Shown here: piece after piece, positions 45,986 through 59,247 of the stretch
How positions within the stretch are numbered: the stretch's first letter is position 1
How the letters are laid out: each line of letters starts with the position of its first letter
NCBI GenBank assembly: GCA_964019425.1
Contig: OZ025804.1
Coordinates: 620,001 to 684,000, forward strand
Direction of reading: 5' to 3'
Source of the DNA: Flectonema sp. DT1601
Lineage: Eukaryota
Length of the DNA: 64,000 bases
Translations under genes and position numbers: made by a program
The notes under the pieces: generated by a model
The model's database searches: none
What the model was told of the DNA's origin: nothing
Seen by the model: only the letters and a program-made list of their open reading frames with translations

Positions 45986-46210
45986 TTAATTATTTCGAGG
46001 ATTAGTCTCTCCTCGTCTCATTTATTCAGCTGACGATACTGATTTGACGGGTATCCATATTCTCTCTCTCTCCCCTTTCTCCCTCCCGTATATTCTTTTT
46101 TTTTTAAAACTTAATTTCTTAACAAATATTTTGCAATGAGTAGTGTTGTTTTATATATTATATGTTTGTATAAAATTTTCTAACTAAAAGCTGAGCTGAT
46201 TAACAACAAC

Positions 46211-46750
46211 ATGAGTACCGCTAGTACAGAGGAACACTTACTGAAGCTCAGAGAGCATCAGGAGCTGTTGAAGGAACAAATCAGAGCAGCAGAAGCTCGT
46301 GTAGTCGAATACAATGAAGAGGCAACACGTGCGGCAAGTTCATCACCAGGACAGCAATCGGTGCGATATTATCAGAGGAATGGACATGATTCAGAAAGAG
46401 AAGACTTTGACCCGAGTCCCAGAAGAGAACGATACGAGAAGTCACCAAGACACCCTGACGACTTCACTGGAAGAGTGTTATGTGTTGCCAATATTGACGA
46501 CCCACTTAGTGAACGTGAAATACCAGCACCTCTCAGTAGTAAGTCACCACATCGAAGTGAATGTTCACCCTCAAGAATTAATGTAAATAACTTCGATATT
46601 TCTAAGTTCGAGCATTCATCTCCCAGCACTCGGCAGACTCGTGCAGGTCTTTGGACCTCTCCTGCAGAATCATCTCCTCAGAGGTCGTATGCTAAGGCCT
46701 ATCGTTCGTATGGTAACACTGAAAGACCTGTTCCTCCTCCCATGCGTTAA
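46211..46750 (+). CDS. Hypothetical protein (N-terminal coiled coil, S/P/R-rich)
   Basis: 179-aa ATG ORF with coding-like composition between AT-rich spacers. Confidence 0.7.
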   Translation: MSTASTEEHLLKLREHQELLKEQIRAAEARVVEYNEEATRAASSSPGQQSVRYYQRNGHDSEREDFDPSPRRERYEKSPRHPDDFTGRVLCVANIDDPLSEREIPAPLSSKSPHRSECSPSRINVNNFDISKFEHSSPSTRQTRAGLWTSPAESSPQRSYAKAYRSYGNTERPVPPPMR

Positions 46751-47942
46751 ACATAAATACGATTCGTTTTGGGATTGCAGAAGCCGACAGAGACAAAAAG
46801 TTGGACTCGACCATATTAAAGTAGGTTTGGAATGGTTTGTTTTTTTGATTCGAAATTTTTATTTTTATTTTTGTACTAATTTTTCCGTTCCCCATTTTGT
46901 TTACTGCGCATAATTCTTTCTTTTTTTTTTTTTTTAAATGGAACCTGTTTTTTGATATAAACAACTAAGCTGGTGGTGGTCTAGTTTGTTAGAGAAATGG
47001 GAATATTCAAAAAAAAAAGAAGAAAAAAAAAAAAAAAAAAAACAACAAAAACCGAACTTTATGGTTGCTCATGAACCCTTCTTTTCCTATTGTATCTTTT
47101 TTTTCCAGAACCCCGAAAAAGAACTTTAAAAAAAAAAAAAAAAAAAAAAGAGAGAGAGAAGGAAAAAGTTCTTCCTCTTTCTATCCCACGTATTCTTGTA
47201 TCTTGTTTTGTTATGTACCGTGCGAAGGTGGGTTGCCAGTTATTTTTAATCACGATCCGCTGCAGTTTAAAAAAAAAAAAAAACCCTTTTACGAAATAAA
47301 TTCGATTCGTCAAGCGCGAAGAGAAAAATTTAAAAAAAATTTAAAAAAAAAAAAGAATTACCTATATGTCGAACGGTATTATAAATTACAAATTAATTTA
47401 TAATATTCAAAAAAAAGTATTGTTATAAATATGATTAAAATTACTATTATCCCATCCCCTTGAGGCAAAAACCAAATGTTAAATTATCGTAAACATTTAA
47501 CTGAGGCTGAGTTAATCATCAACTATGGTCGAATACGTATCTTTAACAGATAGTTAAATTATTGTTTTATGTTGATTCAAGTATTCTACCTCCTGAAGAT
47601 GGGATGTTTCCGCGATCGTTTGTTGTCGCGAGAAGATGGAATGTGTATATTTCTTTTTTTTTTATTTTCATTATTTCGTTCCCAACTTGTGCTTTTTTGT
47701 GATGAACCTTCCTACTGGTAACCGAAAAGACATTCTCAGCGGATGTTGTCACCACTAATATCTACGAAAAATGTGTACTAATGTGTCAATATTTATGTAA
47801 ACGTCAATCTTCCTTCCCATCAATCAGGTTGAGTAATTTGCTTAAACAGAAATGATATCTGTCGAGTATTCAACTAAAGCGGAGATCTACATTTAAAGTT
47901 TCACACAGTAATACCTCCATCTTCCCCAATTCAAAAAAAATT

Positions 47943-48233
47943 ATGGAGGTCACAGATGTTAAAATAGCCGTTCCACTTCACAATGTTATTATAACACATA
48001 AAGTAGCTCAAACTGGTAGTAGTTTGGTTGTAGAAGTAGGACCTGGAGGAATGATGTTAGCGGGAGTGACCCTATCGGTTGTGTTGTCGTTATCTCCAGG
48101 CATATTATCACCGGATGTAAAGACAGTGAGTTCATTTGGTAGATGGGTATCAAGAATAGCTCTGATAGCCACTACTTCAATGACTATTTATGGAGGTTTA
48201 CGATTAGCTGGTAGAATCTCACCATCTGTTTGA
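47943..48233 (+). CDS. Small hypothetical membrane protein
   Basis: 96-aa ORF with two hydrophobic segments. Confidence 0.5.
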   Translation: MEVTDVKIAVPLHNVIITHKVAQTGSSLVVEVGPGGMMLAGVTLSVVLSLSPGILSPDVKTVSSFGRWVSRIALIATTSMTIYGGLRLAGRISPSV

Positions 48234-48351
48234 TGTTGTAGTCTAACCTGATTCATGTTTACTTGTATGACTTAAAGTTGTTTATTTATTTTCTTACAGG
48301 CCAACAGCCGCGTTGGATTTATAATATTAAAAAAACAACGAACTCTTAAAA

Positions 48352-50616
48352 ATGAGCTTGAGCGGCAGCAGCTCACTTTCGGTTAAGAAAATGGACTCAA
48401 TTGCTGGAGTACCCAAAGGAGTTAAGTTTGTTGAGGAAGACGTATGTTCCTTACTTTCTCTCATTCGTCTTTAGTGTTAAACAGGAAAAAAAAAAAAAAA
48501 CATACAGATTGAGAAAACTGCCACAACCTCAGCCCCATCAAATTTTGGTAAGCGCAGAGAGAGCATGGCTACAAAAGCCTATCATCAGGCGTTGATCAAT
48601 AAAGAATATTCTGCCAAGGGTGAGAAGGAGATGGCTGAACTTCGTTCTGATAATCGAGATCTGGTATGAATTGTTTCATTTTAAAAGAAAAAGGGAAAAC
48701 CTCTAATCTGAACACAAAAGTTTCCGGAAGTTTCAGAAGACAAGGCCGGTTGGTGCTTCCATAACAACCACCACCTTGAACACTACAGAGCACCTTACAC
48801 GGTGTGTAGTGTTCTCAGACCAACAGAAGGGGTTGGATGGCAGACACCACCTTGACGGATGTCGTGTTACACCAAGCGTTGTGTGTCAAACACATCGTTA
48901 ACAACGTAGTGACGCAGACGAAGATTCACAACAGGAGTGCATCCACCGTTGTGTGGAAACTAGCGAAAACAGAGTGCAGAGAAGAAGCACTACAGTACCT
49001 GCGGGAGATCAAGCAGACTTATGGGCCAGACACTCATAAGTATCTCCTGGACACGAGGAGGCTTGGAACGCCTACTGGCCCGAAGACGTACCCCGCTGGG
49101 GAACATACACCTCCAACACAGCTGAGAGTGTAAACGCGATTTTTCGCGAAACGCGACAGGGTAGTCTCTTGTCGGTCTTGAAGACGACGCGGTGCTGGAC
49201 TGCCGACACCTTTGCAAAGCGAAGGTGTCTACATGTGAGGAGGTCGAGGGAGACAAACCAGTTCCGGCAGTTGAAAAAGTTGTGCGGAAGAACTCCACCG
49301 AGGCGTCCTCGTCAGCAATCACCCTGTTATCGGAGAATGTCTGGGAGGTGCGTAGGACCCGATCGAGCGTAGTGCGACTGGAGGAGGGGCTTGTCGTTTG
49401 TGAGTGCCCTCAGTATCGGAGATTCAATCTTCCATGCACTCATGCTATCAAGGTGCTGATACATCAGGGGCACAATATACTAACACATTCCACTGCCTTG
49501 CCATCCTTTGTTATGATGGATAACTTTCGCCAATGATACTTAGCTACCGTGATTCCTGGTGAACAGCAACTCTACGTATCGGATGGCACAAAACCTTCTG
49601 TTGTGAAAAAAGGTGTTGGGAGGAGGAAGTTGAGGATAAGAAACAACGGTGAAACTCGAGCACTCAAGTGTTCTAACTGCGGTCTCGCATCACACAACCG
49701 CAGGACGCGCCCAATGCCTCCCAAGACATCGTCGAAGCCTGCAACTAAGAAGACAGTTGCTTCTCCTCTAACATAAAAATATTTTGTATAAAGTTGGCGG
49801 TTTCGGAAGCTTTTATATTCGGATTAGGTTTTCCCAAATAAATTAAACAAACACACAAAAATCACCCAACAGGAAAACTTCGTGAACAACAAGTCAAACT
49901 TCATTGAGTCTTTTAATTTCAAGTTAGACGCCTTCTCAAATCGACTTCGTGAGGTCATCGCCACCAAGAAAGCTGCCAACAAACTTCTTGGGATTATTGG
50001 AAAAAAGAGGAATTTTGGTTTCAAGTTTACAAAAGAAGAAGAACATCTTCTACATGGACCGTCGATAATGCAAAAATTAGGTCCATCAGCAATCTTAGAA
50101 CACGCGAGGAACAGCCGAAGTGTTCAGTGTGAAGAGATTGTTGGAGAAGCGTTCAGAAGTAAGCTTATCCCTGGTGACAACAGAGTTATGATTCCATCAT
50201 GTGGAAGAGCAAGACGAGTGAAGGAAATCAGAAACGGAATAGATGACATGCACCGAACTGGTGAGTTGCCAAAACTTAAAAACAGACCAACAACTGCACT
50301 GTCCACGTGGGAAAAGGTGACGAAAACCTCAAAAGAAACCTGTCGGATCACTAAGACAATCCCAAGTAGGGTTTTAGTCGTTACTGGTCCTGTTGATTAT
50401 AACAAGCTACTTACACAACAAAGAAATCTTCAGGAGGAATTAGACGCCAAACATAGTAATTATGTCAAAATGATGTCAGCTTATGACAGTATTCAAAATA
50501 GAATTCAACGAAGGTTTTCAATGTTATTAAAAACACCCTTATCATCAGATGCGATGGAGTGTGTTAACGCCGCCTTTGATGCGGAAAAAGAACTGAACGA
50601 GTTGCCTCCGATTTAA
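48352..50616 (+). CDS. Hypothetical protein; exons 48352-48441, 48508-48663, 49873-50616; MULE inside intron 2
   Basis: GTATG donors and ACAG acceptors join the three exons in frame (30+52+248 codons). Confidence 0.75.
48693..49835 (+). mobile_element. Decayed, internally deleted Mutator (MULE) transposon
   Basis: Degenerate TIRs gggaaaacctctaatctgaa / ttcggattaggttttccc enclosing transposase fragments. Confidence 0.85.
48800..49776 (+). pseudogene. MULE transposase remnant (frameshifted)
   Basis: VVFSDQQKGL, CVKHI, TSNTAESVN, SWIM finger CECPQY..FNLPCTHA and knuckle KCSNCGLASHNRRT occur in order across shifting frames. Confidence 0.88.
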
Positions 50617-51058
50617 TGTAATCGGGTCCTCCGTCAAAATGGAAGAAAGAATATCATTTCCCACGACTTTCTCTTCTATTTTTGTTTTTTCGAATTTGTG
50701 TAGCCAACCCCGCCAACACTTTGTTCTGTGTTGTGCCTTCCTCTGCCTCTTTTTTTATTACTGCTTTTAGTTGTCGCCAGTACTTCACCAGGATATCCTT
50801 TCTAGGATAATTCTTTTGGTAGTTTCTTATTTACACCAAAACCTACTCTCAAGCTGTGCTGTGTCTAGTTAGGAAGGATGGAAGACTTGTGACCCGTAAT
50901 TTCTTTTCTTCCAAATCAGATGTAAAAATGGAGAATGCGAATAGAAAAACCTTGTGTAGGAAGCTGTAAAAGTTATTATTTTATTTTATTTTTTTTCTCC
51001 CCCTTTTTTTCAACAGATTTCTTTTTTAGAGAAAAAAACAAAGAAAAACAAAACAAAA

Positions 51059-51967
51059 ATGGGTAACGTTATTACCCTGATTAAGAAGATATCCCTAACA
51101 TCGTACAGCGTCACAGTCAGCGTCTGTGTTGATAGGCAGTACACCTTAGCGTCTGACCTGAAATGCGCAGCTTTTGTGAAGGACGGATCCGTCGATTACA
51201 GTTCTATTAATTGGAAGCCACAATATGCCACTCATTTCGTGTCTATTCCGAAGCTTGATATTCAAGCGATCAACGACATGGACACTATGATGTATGATGC
51301 TTTGGGAAACATGATTCAAGCTGACACCAGATACAAAATTAAATGTCATGTACGTTATTGGTATAATGGAAATCAAAAGAACGCTTATGAACACTGTACA
51401 TTCAGAACTCATCCGGTTCCAGGATGTGTTTCAGGTGTTGCGATTGCAGTCAATGGAAATAATCCAGAAAATCTCCCTGTTCATGGTCCACTTACTAGTT
51501 ATGCACAAGTGTTGGATTTTAATGATGTGGATTACTCAAGTTTTCATAAAGACATTCATGGATTGTTCGCATACGAGTTCCCTCATCCTACTCCACGTGA
51601 CATGGATATCGTTCTGACCTGTTGTGAGGGAACTGAATGCGTCTTTTGGCTTTCTTTATATCGCTGTATTGAATGCACAGGTGAGAAACCTGATGGACTA
51701 GCGACAGAGTTACTACTACGAGGATGGGATAGCGGTTCTTGTTCTCCACGATTTGATGATACTTTTGAAACGACCGCTTTTCATAAAAAGATCGATGCGA
51801 CTGACGGTACAGAGACGGTTATCATTCCTTCCAAGTATAGAGAAATTATTATAATGTTCGGTATTGATGGTCATTGTCCTGAAGACTGGTGTATTAAACC
51901 AACAGGTGCCTTTCCTACTGGACAAAACTGCGACGATGTTGGATGTCCAAGTGACTGCGCTCCGTGA
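51059..51967 (+). CDS. Hypothetical protein, possible Fn3-like N-terminal beta domain and Cys-rich C-terminus
   Basis: 302-aa ATG ORF; ...DTRYKIKCHV...FRT resembles an Fn3 end. Confidence 0.75.
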   Translation: MGNVITLIKKISLTSYSVTVSVCVDRQYTLASDLKCAAFVKDGSVDYSSINWKPQYATHFVSIPKLDIQAINDMDTMMYDALGNMIQADTRYKIKCHVRYWYNGNQKNAYEHCTFRTHPVPGCVSGVAIAVNGNNPENLPVHGPLTSYAQVLDFNDVDYSSFHKDIHGLFAYEFPHPTPRDMDIVLTCCEGTECVFWLSLYRCIECTGEKPDGLATELLLRGWDSGSCSPRFDDTFETTAFHKKIDATDGTETVIIPSKYREIIIMFGIDGHCPEDWCIKPTGAFPTGQNCDDVGCPSDCAP

Positions 51968-52738
51968 AACAGATTTTCAATCACATCTACAACTCTTGTC
52001 TTTGTGATGAGATGTACATATTTAAAAAAAAAAAAAAACTTCCATTCCTTTTCCCCATATCGCTGCAGTTTTTCCCCTTTACGGATAAGCGTGCTCTCCA
52101 TTGCCTCTGAAAAAGTATTCCTCCCGACACTTTTTTAAGAATATTTTTAATGGATTCGAATTGGAAATCTATTGCTGGTGGAATCAACAACATGGAGAGT
52201 GGAGAGCACTTTTTTTTTTTTTTTTTTTTCTTTTTTTTCTTTTTTTTGGGAAATTTTTTCGTGATAACATCATTAAATGTCTAAAGTACCATTATTTTTA
52301 CATGAGGGTTTTTCAATAAAGCAAATTCTGTATTCCCCCTTTCATTTATGAATCCCTCCCTCCCAACTCTCTTTTTTTTTTTTTTTTTTTTTGCAGTATT
52401 GCCATGCTGCGTCGTGTTGCGTTGTATCCCGCTTCTCCTCTCGTTTTTTTTTCTTCGTTTTTTTTTTTTGCAACAAATGCTTTTTTTTTTTCTCCCCCCC
52501 AGGCAATATATGCCACTCCAAAAAAAAAAAAAAAAAAAAACGCACCAAAAGCGAAAGAGAAAAAAAACAAAAACAAAAAAAAGCATAGCAATAATTGCCT
52601 CTATGTTTTTGCCTTCACTTTAAACGCACATTTTTTTTTCCCCATTCCAATTCAAGCAACAGATTTGTTAATATGAGCCCAAACAAAATTATTTGACAAG
52701 CCAAAAAAAAAAAAGAATCGGAAGGAAAAAAAAAAAAG

Positions 52739-52772
<34 letters not shown>

Positions 52773-53859
52773 CCTTGTAAAATTATTTTACAGCTTTAGT
52801 CCTCTTTTTGTGAATCTTGTCATTGATCGGGTTTCAGATGAATTACTGCCCTCTGGTGCTCGTTGTGGTCGTTTTCTATCACAGATCGACTACTGTTTTT
52901 GGAGAACTGTTCTCCTCAGTAAGAAGTAACGTCGCCATTGAAAATTTCAAAAGCCACCAGGGATTAACGCAAACAATGCAAAACAAACAAAAAACCAAAA
53001 AAAGGGAAATGGAGTGAAAACCGTCGTCTCCTCCGTTAGTTTTTTTTTTATTTATTAAATTTACACTTTTTTTTTTCCTTCCTCACGTTGGTATTTCCCG
53101 TTCTACATTTTTATTATTATTATTATTTTTCTTTGTTTTCGTCCTCAACAAAAAAGCGTTTTGTGAGAGAGGAAAAAGAATGTTGGCAGCACTCGTAATC
53201 CCTCTTTTAGCTTTCGCAGATTACAGATCGTGCACAGAGAAAAAAAAAAAAAAAAAAAAAAAACTACTACTAGCTCTTTCATCATAGTTTTATGTTGGAA
53301 GACAAGGCCAATTCTTTTCCTTTTTTTTTTTTTTTTTTTTTTTAATTAGTTTTTTTTTCCTCTTTTTGCAATATTTGCTTTTTTCTTCTTCTTAGAGTTG
53401 CTACTTTCACGCAATTGATAGCATCAGTCAAGTGGCATGTGACTTCTGCCAGATTCCCTGACTCTCACAACACTCAGAGATCAGGTCAAAGCGGCAGGAT
53501 GAGACCTGTAAATTCACAGAGTCGATTCAGAAGTTACATATTGCCCTTTTTTTTATTTTATTTTATTTTTTTCTCCCCTTTTTCATTGTCTTCTGAGGGA
53601 AACTGGTTCACTGGCAGCAACTGAGTTCCCTTCCATCCTCTCTGTCTCTTTTCACTTCCCTCCTAGGCTCATTTTATGAAGTCGCTCCTTACACTATTGT
53701 CAGGTATTTAGTAACATGTTTGGTTGTAGTCTGTTCTCTTTTCTGTATAGATAGACCACAGTAAGTATGGAACTTCAATCGTGTTTCGCTAACAGGAGGT
53801 TACCTACGGTATCAATCGGAACGTATACTTATATTACCCAAACAGGTTATTACAAAAAT

Positions 53860-54843
53860 ATGGATCTTCAGCTTATCATTGTTCTCGTGATTGTGGTGGT
53901 AGTTGCCGTAGCTGTGTTCGGCCAATTGAAGGGTTCCAGGCCAAGTTACGAAGTCCTTAACGTTGATCAGCTTGCCGCCCAGCAGCAATTTAAGGATGAC
54001 AAGAAGAAGGAAAAGGCTGAGAAGAAAACCGAACAATTCCACTGGGATCAGGCTGAAAAGAAAGAGAAGAAGAGCGACAAGCTAGCTGACAAGAAGAAGA
54101 AGAAGAAGGAAAAGGCCTTTGACCCAGTCGCCGCAGGACAGTCTATGGTTGTTAAGCCAACTAACGAAGAGAAGAAGGGTATTGAAGTTACCATGATCGA
54201 CAGAAAGGCAAAAGCAAGATCCGAAAAGGCAGGATTTGTCACTGTTGAGACCAAGGCCAAGAGAACTCCTTCCAAGGAAGCTGATGAATTCGAAGCTGAT
54301 GCCACCGTCACCAAGGAAGTGGAAGTTGTTGACGCCAGAGTTGAAATGCTTCGTCAGATCATCGCCGGAAGAAAGCCTGACGCTCCAAAGGATGGATCTC
54401 CAACCGGCGGTGGCTACAAGGGAAGAAACCCACGCAAGGAAAAGGAAGAAGACGCCGAAAAGGAAGGTGAAGAAGGCGAGAACAAGGATAAGAAGAAGGA
54501 ATCCAAGAAGATCTCCGCCATTGAGAAGGCCATCCTAGACAACAGAAACGCCAAGGCAGAGAAGAAGGTTTGTGCGATCATCATATTCTTTTCTTTCACA
54601 ACACGTAAATAATTATTATCGAATGCACATCCAACATTATGATTTTAATTACTTTATAACACTTCTTAACTACAGAACCGTTTCGCCACTGACTCAAAGA
54701 AGGAGATGGACTCACTCAAGAACAAGAAGTTCGTTGCCTCCAATTCATCTGTCCCATGTCCTTGGGGTAAGGCCCCAGCAAAGAAGGCTGAGGAGTCTGT
54801 CGAGGAAGAAGCTGCTGAGGTTGAGGCCGAAACATCGGAGTAG
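53860..54843 (+). CDS. N-anchored Lys/Glu-rich protein; exons 53860-54567, 54676-54843
   Basis: Single N-terminal hydrophobic segment; codon bias like RACK1 and p18; intron 54568-54675 keeps the frame. Confidence 0.8.
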
Positions 54844-55691
54844 GTTCAGAGATACTCTGAGGTGTTCTCGATATATTTCCCTTGCGTCTTACGAGATCAG
54901 TGTTGTCAGAATTCATATTCTAATAGAGAATGTCTTTTGATCGAAAGGGATTGGCAGTTTCACCCTGCTATTTATATTCGTTTTTATTTTTCTTTTTCTA
55001 CTCCCGTTCCCTTCCCTTTTTTCTTCCTTTTTGTACTTTTTTTTTTTGTTTTTTTATTTTTCGCCAACTTTCGCTTTAAAATTTCCCTCACAACAAGTGA
55101 AGGTTGGCAGTGTTTGTGTTTTACCTAGTGGGCTCAGCAACTTGGCTATTATCACTGTGCAAGCAAGTACAGCCAATCTATATTTGGGGTACCGTGCAGC
55201 TCATGTTTCAGGACCTCTGCTGGTTAGTAGTATTCAGTTTTGGAGCCTTGTTCTTATAGTGTCTGTAGGTGTCCTTCTTTTAGTGATTCATCTTTTTTTT
55301 TTTTTTTTTTTTTTTGCTTTCCCACCATGTCTTGGAAAAAAAAAAAGTTTTTAAACAGAACAAAGAAAACTTTTTTTTTCTTCCTCATTTTTTGCTCCGA
55401 CGCAACTTGTGTGATTCTCTTTTTTTTTTTCTCTTCTGGTATATTGTCAAAGTAGTACAGCACGACAAAAAAAAAAAAAAGTATTTTTTTAAAATTAAAT
55501 TGAATCGTTCTAATAAAATCTATCTTCCTTATTCACAGAATGCTCGGAACCGTTATCGGTTATGGATGTAGCTCACTTGTTATTTGTAAAGGTGTTTCAA
55601 ATTAATTTTTCCTCTTAACAGGTCCTCGGAGAGCTGCTCCTGAGCACCGCTATTGGAAATTTAGAAAAAAAAAAAAAAAAAAACACACACA

Positions 55692-57200
55692 ATGATATTT
55701 AGTAATTCTGTGTTAGTTGTGTTGGTGGTGTTGTTGATAGTGGATGGTGGAGTAGGACAGCTATCGCCAACATTAACGTTGACATTATCAGAATCACTTC
55801 GAACTAGAACAGATACATTTAGCTTTTCATTAGGTACACGAACTGAGACGTTCTCTTTGACTCTCGGAACAAGAACAGAAACCTTCTCAAACACTTTCAC
55901 TGATTCTCTCACACTGTCATTACCGACCCCTACTGCAACATTCAGTCCTGGTACTAGGACGGTTACTTTCAGTAATACTTTTACTTTCTCAACAACGAAA
56001 ACAGCTTCCTTACCAACACTAACACCAACCTTCACTGTTCCTATCGATTGTCAATTATATAAATTAAGATCACAGTGTCAGGCGCTAACTGGTTCTGGTT
56101 GTATGTGGAATGAAAATATCGGAGTGTGTGAAGCATGGTGTGCGAGTATAAATACTACTTTTGGATGTGGTAGTGTTGCTGGATGTGGTTGGGATGATAC
56201 GACTCAAATGTGTTCTGTCTCATGTGCTGATCAGACGGCTGCTGATATGTGTGGAGCTTTCCGAGACTGCAGCCCTCGTCTAACTGGAGGTGGCTGTGAA
56301 ACCAGCTGTGCTAACAGTCTGGTTCAGTGGCAATGTGAACGCCAACCACTCGACGCTGAAAATGCGAGAATTTGCAACTGGAGAACAGACACACTAACCT
56401 GTTCTAATTCATGCACTGATCGAACTCAGTCAGCTAACTGCCAAGCTTTATTCGACTGCAAGTGGGAGAACAATGCTTGCGCTCCTACAGTTCCACTTCC
56501 AGCAGATGATGATGACGGCTGCGCTCTTTTAGGATTGGCGTGTTGGATCTGGGCTTTGTTAGGGTTGCTATTATGTCTTCTGTGTTTGGTATTAATTTAT
56601 TGTTTATCAAAAAAGAAGAACGACTCTCAAGAACAAGAACCCAAAGAGATGGCTGAGTCCGCACCAATAGCACCGACTAAGAATCCTTATGAAGAACCAA
56701 ACAATGAGAATGAACATGTTTATCATGAGTTTGTGTCTCCTCAGCAGAATTATATGACTGCGAAAACTGCTGAGGATCAGGCAACGGATGACTTCCCTCC
56801 AGTGACTAATATTAAAGAAGAAGATCCAACTCAAAGTGAAGATGAGTTCGACGTCGATTTAACGACTGTCGATGAAAAGAGAAGTCAACAAGCTGGTTAC
56901 ACAGCTCCAAGTGGATTTTCCAATTCAACAGCAAGAAATCCTCCTCCTTCGATTGTTGGTCCTAACTTGGGGACGACAGCATCACCGGAAAACAACAACG
57001 GAGAGTTGATCCCTGAGTTATATGACGTGTTACCATCAACTGATGAATCAAGGTTTACATCACCGCATAGAACACAAAACCCACCTCCCTCATTTAATAG
57101 AGTTACTGAGCCACCTGCTTCGTATACTATTCCTTCTTCTGCTTTTAATCGTTCGCCTCCCACTGTCGATGATAAGGATCAGTTATATATGGTAATATGA
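55692..57200 (+). CDS. Type I membrane protein: signal peptide, Thr-rich stalk, Cys-rich repeats, TM, Pro/Tyr-containing tail
   Basis: LGTRTETFS repeats, about five C..C.W..C modules, WIWALLGLLLCLLCLVLIYC followed by KKK. Confidence 0.85.
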   Translation: MIFSNSVLVVLVVLLIVDGGVGQLSPTLTLTLSESLRTRTDTFSFSLGTRTETFSLTLGTRTETFSNTFTDSLTLSLPTPTATFSPGTRTVTFSNTFTFSTTKTASLPTLTPTFTVPIDCQLYKLRSQCQALTGSGCMWNENIGVCEAWCASINTTFGCGSVAGCGWDDTTQMCSVSCADQTAADMCGAFRDCSPRLTGGGCETSCANSLVQWQCERQPLDAENARICNWRTDTLTCSNSCTDRTQSANCQALFDCKWENNACAPTVPLPADDDDGCALLGLACWIWALLGLLLCLLCLVLIYCLSKKKNDSQEQEPKEMAESAPIAPTKNPYEEPNNENEHVYHEFVSPQQNYMTAKTAEDQATDDFPPVTNIKEEDPTQSEDEFDVDLTTVDEKRSQQAGYTAPSGFSNSTARNPPPSIVGPNLGTTASPENNNGELIPELYDVLPSTDESRFTSPHRTQNPPPSFNRVTEPPASYTIPSSAFNRSPPTVDDKDQLYMVI

Positions 57201-58960
57201 GAGAGAGACTCATGTTTGATATTGCTGTGTACTTTGTTTCTTCTTCAATTGTCTCATGGATGTCTTATCTTTGATGAAGTCAGTGTGGGGTTTTTTTTTT
57301 TTATTTGTTTTTTTTATTTTTTTTTTTTTTTATAAAGTTTTTTTTTTATGAACGTTATTTTTTGTCCTTGTAGTTTTGTTTATTAGAATATTAAAAAAAA
57401 AAAAAAAAAAAAAAAAATCTGCCTTCAACGAAGGTGTGAGGATGTTTGATTTATCGCGTGTTTTGAGTGTGACAAACATACTGGAGGTGGTGGTCTCGGC
57501 TTTTAAAGAGGGAAAGCCAAATTAGATAAATAAATATAACTTTTTCGAAAAACCAAACTATCGAGAGTACGTCCTCTGCGACTAACAGTAACATCCGATC
57601 TGTTCCTTTTTTTTTTTCGCTTTGAGAGCAGTGGGCCACCAAAAAAAAAAAAAAAAAGCTTTAACTCTCTGCTGTTGAGAGGAATATATATTCCTAGCCC
57701 TAGAAAAGGAAAAAAAAAAAAAGTTAGAAAAAAATATAAAAATGGATAGGTATAATTGAAAAACGAAACGAGGAGAGAAAAAAAAAAAAAACACTTTTAA
57801 AAATAATCCACCACTTTATTGAATGGTGGTGTTACCTTTGTGTTATTTGTGTTGCTTTTTTTTTTGATTATCTTCGAAATATTTAATTACTAAAAAAAAA
57901 AAACATTTTCGTTTTTTTTTTTTTTTCTTCTTTCCCCCTTCAAATTAATGATCGCAACCCGTGTGTAAGGATGAAGTGATAAAAAAGAATGCTTCTTGTG
58001 TGAATTTTGGCTGGGGGAAAAAAAAAAAAAAAAAAGTTGTTTTGTAAATTTGTTCTTTGCATAGAAACCCTCAGCAAGGAAAAAAAACTTCCTTGTTGAA
58101 GAATTATTCTGGTGAAGATCTTTTATTGTCAATTGGGGGCTTGCACCACCTCAAAGATGTGCGCTATCGCTCGGTTGACCCCCAACGAATGATAATTCCA
58201 TTTCCAGTACATATTATGTTCACTTTCTACATACGAATCGAATGCAAATTATTTTTCAATCTAAAAATCCTGTTCGAAGCAAAAGGTGGTTTGATCAACG
58301 AGTGATGACGTTTTTGTAGAAATTAAGCTCATCTACCGATCAAGTATACCCTCATATTAATTTCATTTTTTTTTTTTTTTTTTCTCGTTCTTTCTTCCTC
58401 TTTTTATAATCCAACAACGACGACAACAACAAAATTATCAGAACTTACCACCCTGTAACTTGACCTTCCCATGTCTACAGTTTTCTGATTACTCAAACTG
58501 TTGGTTGAATGTAATTAGAAATCACAGTTCCTGTTGTTATAGTAGACTGCCCAAAAAAAAAACTTTCCCCCCCCCTTTCCATACTTCTCAAGTTTAAACT
58601 TAATTACTGTTTCTACATTGTCGAACCTATCAACTCCAGTATGGCTATGAATCGCAATCGTTAATTTCTTTTTTTTTTCCCTATTCTCTTTTTTTGTTGT
58701 TGTTCTTGCTGTATATTCAGAATTATTGCCTTTCCCTTTTTGATGGTGATATTGGCATCTGTGTGTGTTCGTCAACTTTTTTTTTTTTTTTTTGTTTTGT
58801 TTTTTTTTGTTTTTGATTTTTTCTAGGTAATAATAAAAATAAAAAAAAAAAATTTCAAATCGATACTTTTGCCCAAGAATCACCACAATGAGGGGGAAAA
58901 AAAAAAAAAAAAAAAATTCACACGTTTAAAGCCGTCGTCACTTCGCATCGATAATGCTGC

Positions 58961-59083
58961 TGCTGCTGTTACGAAGCTCGTAGTTGGGTTGGCTTCCTCG
59001 CTGGTAGCTCTCGTACTGACTGGGAGTCATTGTTGTTGAAGATCACAACCCTCGTTGTATCAAAGACTTGTGCTCTATTAATG
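58961..59083. repeat. ~123-bp dispersed structured repeat, copy 2
   Basis: Matches 40571-40693. Confidence 0.9.
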
Positions 59084-59120
59084 GTGGTAATAGAGTGCTG
59101 CTATAACGTCTTATTATGTA

Positions 59121-59247
59121 CATACTTGTACCCCTTTAAAAAGGGAATTAAAAATTAAAAGCAGGAATAAAGGGCTTTTAATTATGAAGGGCTTTTAATT
59201 AATTCCCCTTTATTTTGCCCCCCTCTTTCAAAGGGGGTACGAGTATG
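59121..59247. mobile_element. 127-bp MITE with ~25-bp TIRs and 5-bp TSD (ATGTA)
   Basis: ATGTA|CATACTTGTACCCCTTT...AAAGGGGGTACGAGTATG|ATGTA. Confidence 0.75.
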
